Assembly (NCBI RefSeq): GCF_963506605.1
Contig: NC_083279.1
Span: 29,264,001 to 29,328,000, forward strand
DNA length: 64,000 nt
Origin: Zootoca vivipara
Lineage: Eukaryota
Reading direction: 5' to 3'
The notes under the pieces were generated by a model. It saw only the letters and a list, made by a program, of their open reading frames with translations, made no database searches and was not told where the DNA came from. Of the stretch, positions 25,738-64,000 are shown in pieces (position 1 is the first letter of the stretch; each line of letters opens with the position of its first letter). A program made the translations under genes and the position numbers.

Positions 25738-27408
25738 TATCATCTGAATATTTAGTATACCCGCGTCCCTATCATCTGAATATTTAGTAAGTAAAATACT
25801 ATTCTGTGCCTAAGTTCTGTGTCTTAGTCTTTTCAGAAACAAGAGAAATGTTGATTAATATTGTTAGATATACTGTATATTAATACTACTATTCATATAC
25901 TATAATTAATATCCAGCAACTCAGTTAATTGTGTTCACTGAAATAAGGCATCAGTTTATTGCTTTGTTTGTATCATTTAAATTATTTGCATAGATGAGCA
26001 CTTTGTTGCCACATTTTTTAGCACAATAGACCATCCTTATTTCTGTCATGAAAGGAGCCAGTTATCACATGTTCTTGTTAAACCCCGTTATATCACTCTT
26101 TGTGAAGCGCTTCTTTAAGAAGGAAAATTATATTCTGCTGCATTTCCCCTCAATTCAGCTGATACCTTTTATTTACAAAGCATGTTGCTATTCTCCTATG
26201 TCTCCAGAATCTGTTAGATGCTCTACAGATGAAAACCAACTTTTGATTATCTGAATCCATGTATAAAACCTGTTGTTTAGTATATATTTGATATCAGTTC
26301 ACCCATCAGCTCAGCCTGTAAGATACTATGTCTATAAAATGTTGCTTGATTTATAAAAATATTTAAAAGTACAATACTATGTCCATAGTATTGCTGTTTA
26401 ATGTGCCTTGAAATTACAATTACTGTGCAATGTGACTTGAAATCCAGCCTCTATTTGTGAGATAAATGCCACAGAGCACCTCATTTTTCTATTGCATCTG
26501 AGAGCGGTAAGAGCAAGCTGTAATTGCTACTAACCTGTCAGAGATAAGCATCAAGAATGCAAGATAACTTGGGGGCGTCATGGAAACAGAGTTAATCTCT
26601 TTTCTCCATTATTTGATGAGCAGATTGCTGGTACTGGAAGCCAATCCCCAATGAGCATGTTCTCTCTAAACTGAGTTGTATGTTTATATGAGATACTTTG
26701 TGTTGACTAGCAGCAAGGAGAGTCTCCTGGATACAAATTCCCTCTGCTAAAACCTACAGGATGTGGAAAGGCATGAAGCATATTTCTCATCTTCCTTCAG
26801 CCATCTGTTTTGCAGAACTCAAGAAGGAACTTTCATGATTTTAAAGTGCTTATTATTTACCAATAAGTGGGATCCACAACAAAGCTGTCCATCTAATTGG
26901 GCATGCCTTCTGCTGGAACTCTGCTGCCCCTTCCCCTCAGTTTTCTGTTTCCATCCACCCGCCAATATGCTGAGCATGATAGTAAGTCCTCATTAGGCTC
27001 AAGGGAGGGGTTGCCACCCTTAAGCCTTTTCTTTTCTTAAAAGTTGTTATTTCCATGTGTATTTGCAAACCTGGTGGTTACCTAAAGCGTGCTAATACCT
27101 CCCTCTTGTTTGTGAGTAGTGCTGTTTTGCCTGCATCAAGAGTGGCACTTGGATAAACCAGTCTACAATCAAGAGAGACCTGAACGAAATGTTGCAGTGC
27201 TGTCTGTACTGGCTGAAAAAACAAAAGTTATAGTCATAGAGAAGACTCCCTGAGTCTTAATTCACGTGCATTTAAAAAAAAGTGCCCCCAAGTTTGATTT
27301 TACCTTCCTCTTTGTGCATAGGTGCTGCCATTTTGGTTACATTATGACAGGCACACAGCCCTAAAGTTGAGAGATAACATATAAACTGATGGTGGTACAG
27401 TATCTTTG

Positions 27409-27832
27409 GTTGTTTAGTAGTTTAGTTGTGTCTGACTCTTCGTGACCCCATGGACCAAAGCATGCCAGGCCAGGCACTCCTGTCTTCCACTGCCTCCCGC
27501 AGTTTGGGCAGACTCATGTTGGTAGCTTCGAGAACACTGTCCAACCATCTCGTCCTCTGTCATCCCCTTCTCCTTGTGCCCTCCATTTCCCCCAACATCA
27601 GGGTCTTTTCCAGGGAGTCTTCTCTTCTCATGAGGTGGCCAAAGTATTGAAGCCTCAGCTTCACGATCTGTCCTTCCAGTGAGCACTCAGGGCTGATTTC
27701 CTTAAGAATGGATAGGTTTGATCTTCTCACAGACCATGTGGGACTCTCAAGTGTCAAGTCTCCTCCAGCACCATAATTCAAAAACATCAATTATTCAGCG
27801 ATCAGCTTTCTTTATGGTCCAGCTCTCAGCTG
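27409..27832 (-). mobile_element. BovB/RTE LINE 3' fragment
   Basis: ORF 27560-27790 contains EISPECSLEGQIVKLRLQYFGHLMRREDSLEKTLMLG...RRRG, an RTE/BovB C-terminus. 9-bp TSD GTATCTTTG (27400-27408 and 27833-27841). Confidence 0.9.
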
Positions 27833-28713
27833 GTATCTTTGAAAATCACCCTAAATCTTGCGCTGACTCTGCATGTCTTTAATTTCCCTGAAATAAAATA
27901 AAAAATACCAAGGGCTAAAGAAAATTAATATTCGAAACACCTCGTGCGATAGCCCTGCGAGCCTTAGTACCCAAGAACCTGTCGTCGTCGTCGTCCCCTG
28001 CCCGCGCCTCCGCGATAGAACTAGGCGCAGCGCGCCCTTCCTTCCAGCAAGGCGGCTCTTCCCCCCGCCCACCGCCCGCGAGAACGGCGCGAGCGGCGGT
28101 TGACGCGGCCGGACGGAGTGCGCCGCGCGCTAGGGCGCCAGATGAAGGGGGCGGGGTCAACAAGAGGAGCGCGCCCCTTGCCCGGTTTTGTCTAACACAG
28201 GTAGCGAGAGAGCCGGAGGGGAGGGGGAGCGTCGCGGCGCCGTTGCCAAGGAGACGCCGCGAGGGGCTAGGGAGGCACGTTCATTGTGCCAAGCGCGGCC
28301 GAGGGCGGGTGGGGAGTTTACAAGCGCTCAGGGCGTCCTGGCTGAGGAGAATAATCAGAGGGGCCTTGAGAGACGCGGACATTAACTCCACCCCCCGCAG
28401 TTATTATTTATTTTTTTGCTATGGGGGCGGGCATGACAGCTGGCTGGCTGTCATCCCCTTCCTCACTAGGTAAACCCGCCCGTCACACGCCCCAAGCCGT
28501 GCGGCCGTTAAGGTGAAGCAGGAGGCGGAGGATTGTTGCCTCCGAGGCGTCATCGCTTGCGCTGGCCGCTCATTGGTCCGCCGGGATTGAGAGGGAAAAG
28601 GTGGCGAAGGAGCGGGCGAGGCTGAGAAAGCTGAGCGGAGGAGCGACCGAGTGAGAGAGAGAGTGTGGGGGAAAGGCAGGAGTCTTTCCGAAGCCGACAG
28701 CTTAGCTGCTGTC

Positions 28714-62902
<34,189 letters not shown>

Positions 62903-64000
62903 CTGAAGAAGATAATGAAAAAAAGTATGATATCTATTATAGAAATGCAAATGCCAAATTGAACTCAGGGTTTACTAAAACGATTGTTTTAATCCAATTG
63001 ATGGTGGATAAGGTTCAGAGTACTTCTTAAAAGGAGTGTGCACACACAAATATTTTATTTTAGCCACTGGAATATAAGTTTTAATATGCTGTTTTATGCA
63101 ACCAATACCCACTCTTAGTACATGAAACTGAAAAGAAATGTGAAGATGACTTCAGCTGCGTGCTGTCAAAGAAACATTATTAATGAACCTATCGCTGTAA
63201 AGATGAAAACAGAAAACAGTTTATCCTTTCTTTTATCTGTTGTAGCTTGATTGTATGCCTGCTAAGTTACGACACATTTTCAGGAGGAAAGACATTTTTA
63301 AGATTAATTATATTTAATATATGTGGTTTAATTTTGAATACAAATCTGATGTTAAATCAATTAGTGGCTTGGATCCTAACTTCCATTCTGTGAACACCAT
63401 TCACATTCACTGAACAGAGCTGTACAACCGCCTCACAGAAAATCTGGTTCTGGAGATTGCGGAACCCTTAGGAAACGGGTCAGATATCGTATGGCAGAGC
63501 TGCAGGTGGAGGGGGAGTTTATGGAAATCACACTCATCCCTTGTGTGAACAGAAAAGTAACTTAGGATTCAATCCAAAGTATCAAAAAGCAATTATTATT
63601 GTTTTACGTTAAACAAGCAACAGTCTATGTACTTATAGAAATAATAGTGTCAGCTCCTATTTCATATATATCCATTAACAGCGATGTGCTGGCTCTGCAG
63701 CTATATAACCCATTCTAAGCATTAAGTATTTTGGGGATACAGCAGGCCTTCATCAGGCTGTAACTGGGTAACATATTTAAATTCTGAATAATGTCACATT
63801 CTGAATAATGGCCATTAAATATGTCATTTGTAAATAATAAAAAACACCATGAACACTTGTTTTAATTTGCAGTTTACAAAAATACATACTGACAATAACA
63901 CATACTAAGCTATGAAAATTGCATTATTTAAAGTACAGACATTGCAAATGTTATTTAACACTCTATAAAACATTCATTTAATAAGAATTTTTCCAATTTT

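Overview
Vertebrate nuclear DNA from a squamate reptile. The Sauria SINE, BovB, CR1, L2 and hAT/Tc1-mariner MITE content points to a lacertid lizard. The window is the block syntenic with human 2q11.2: TXNDC9 (+), MRPL30 (-), MITD1 (+), LIPT1 (-), a 91-aa C2orf15 orthologue (-) and a 20-exon TSGA10 (+). I reconstructed all exon chains by hand from splice signals and reading-frame continuity. Gene identities rest on recalled human protein sequences, not on a database search. Four CpG-island promoters are present, at least two of them bidirectional. Most interesting observations: (1) the C2orf15 microprotein begins with a myristoylation/palmitoylation motif, MGNCCS; (2) TSGA10 appears to carry a 176-aa CEP135-like N-terminal extension missing from the canonical human protein; (3) an ISRE + GAS + E-box cluster lies in the MRPL30/MITD1 bidirectional promoter; (4) a ~285-bp inverted duplication brackets the symmetric exon 3 of MRPL30 (candidate circRNA, skipping or editing stem); (5) no goose-type lysozyme (LYG) genes sit at their syntenic position; (6) a decayed DIRS-type element, two solo LTRs and a GC-AG intron. 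There are no prokaryotic-type systems, CRISPR arrays or rRNA/tRNA genes.
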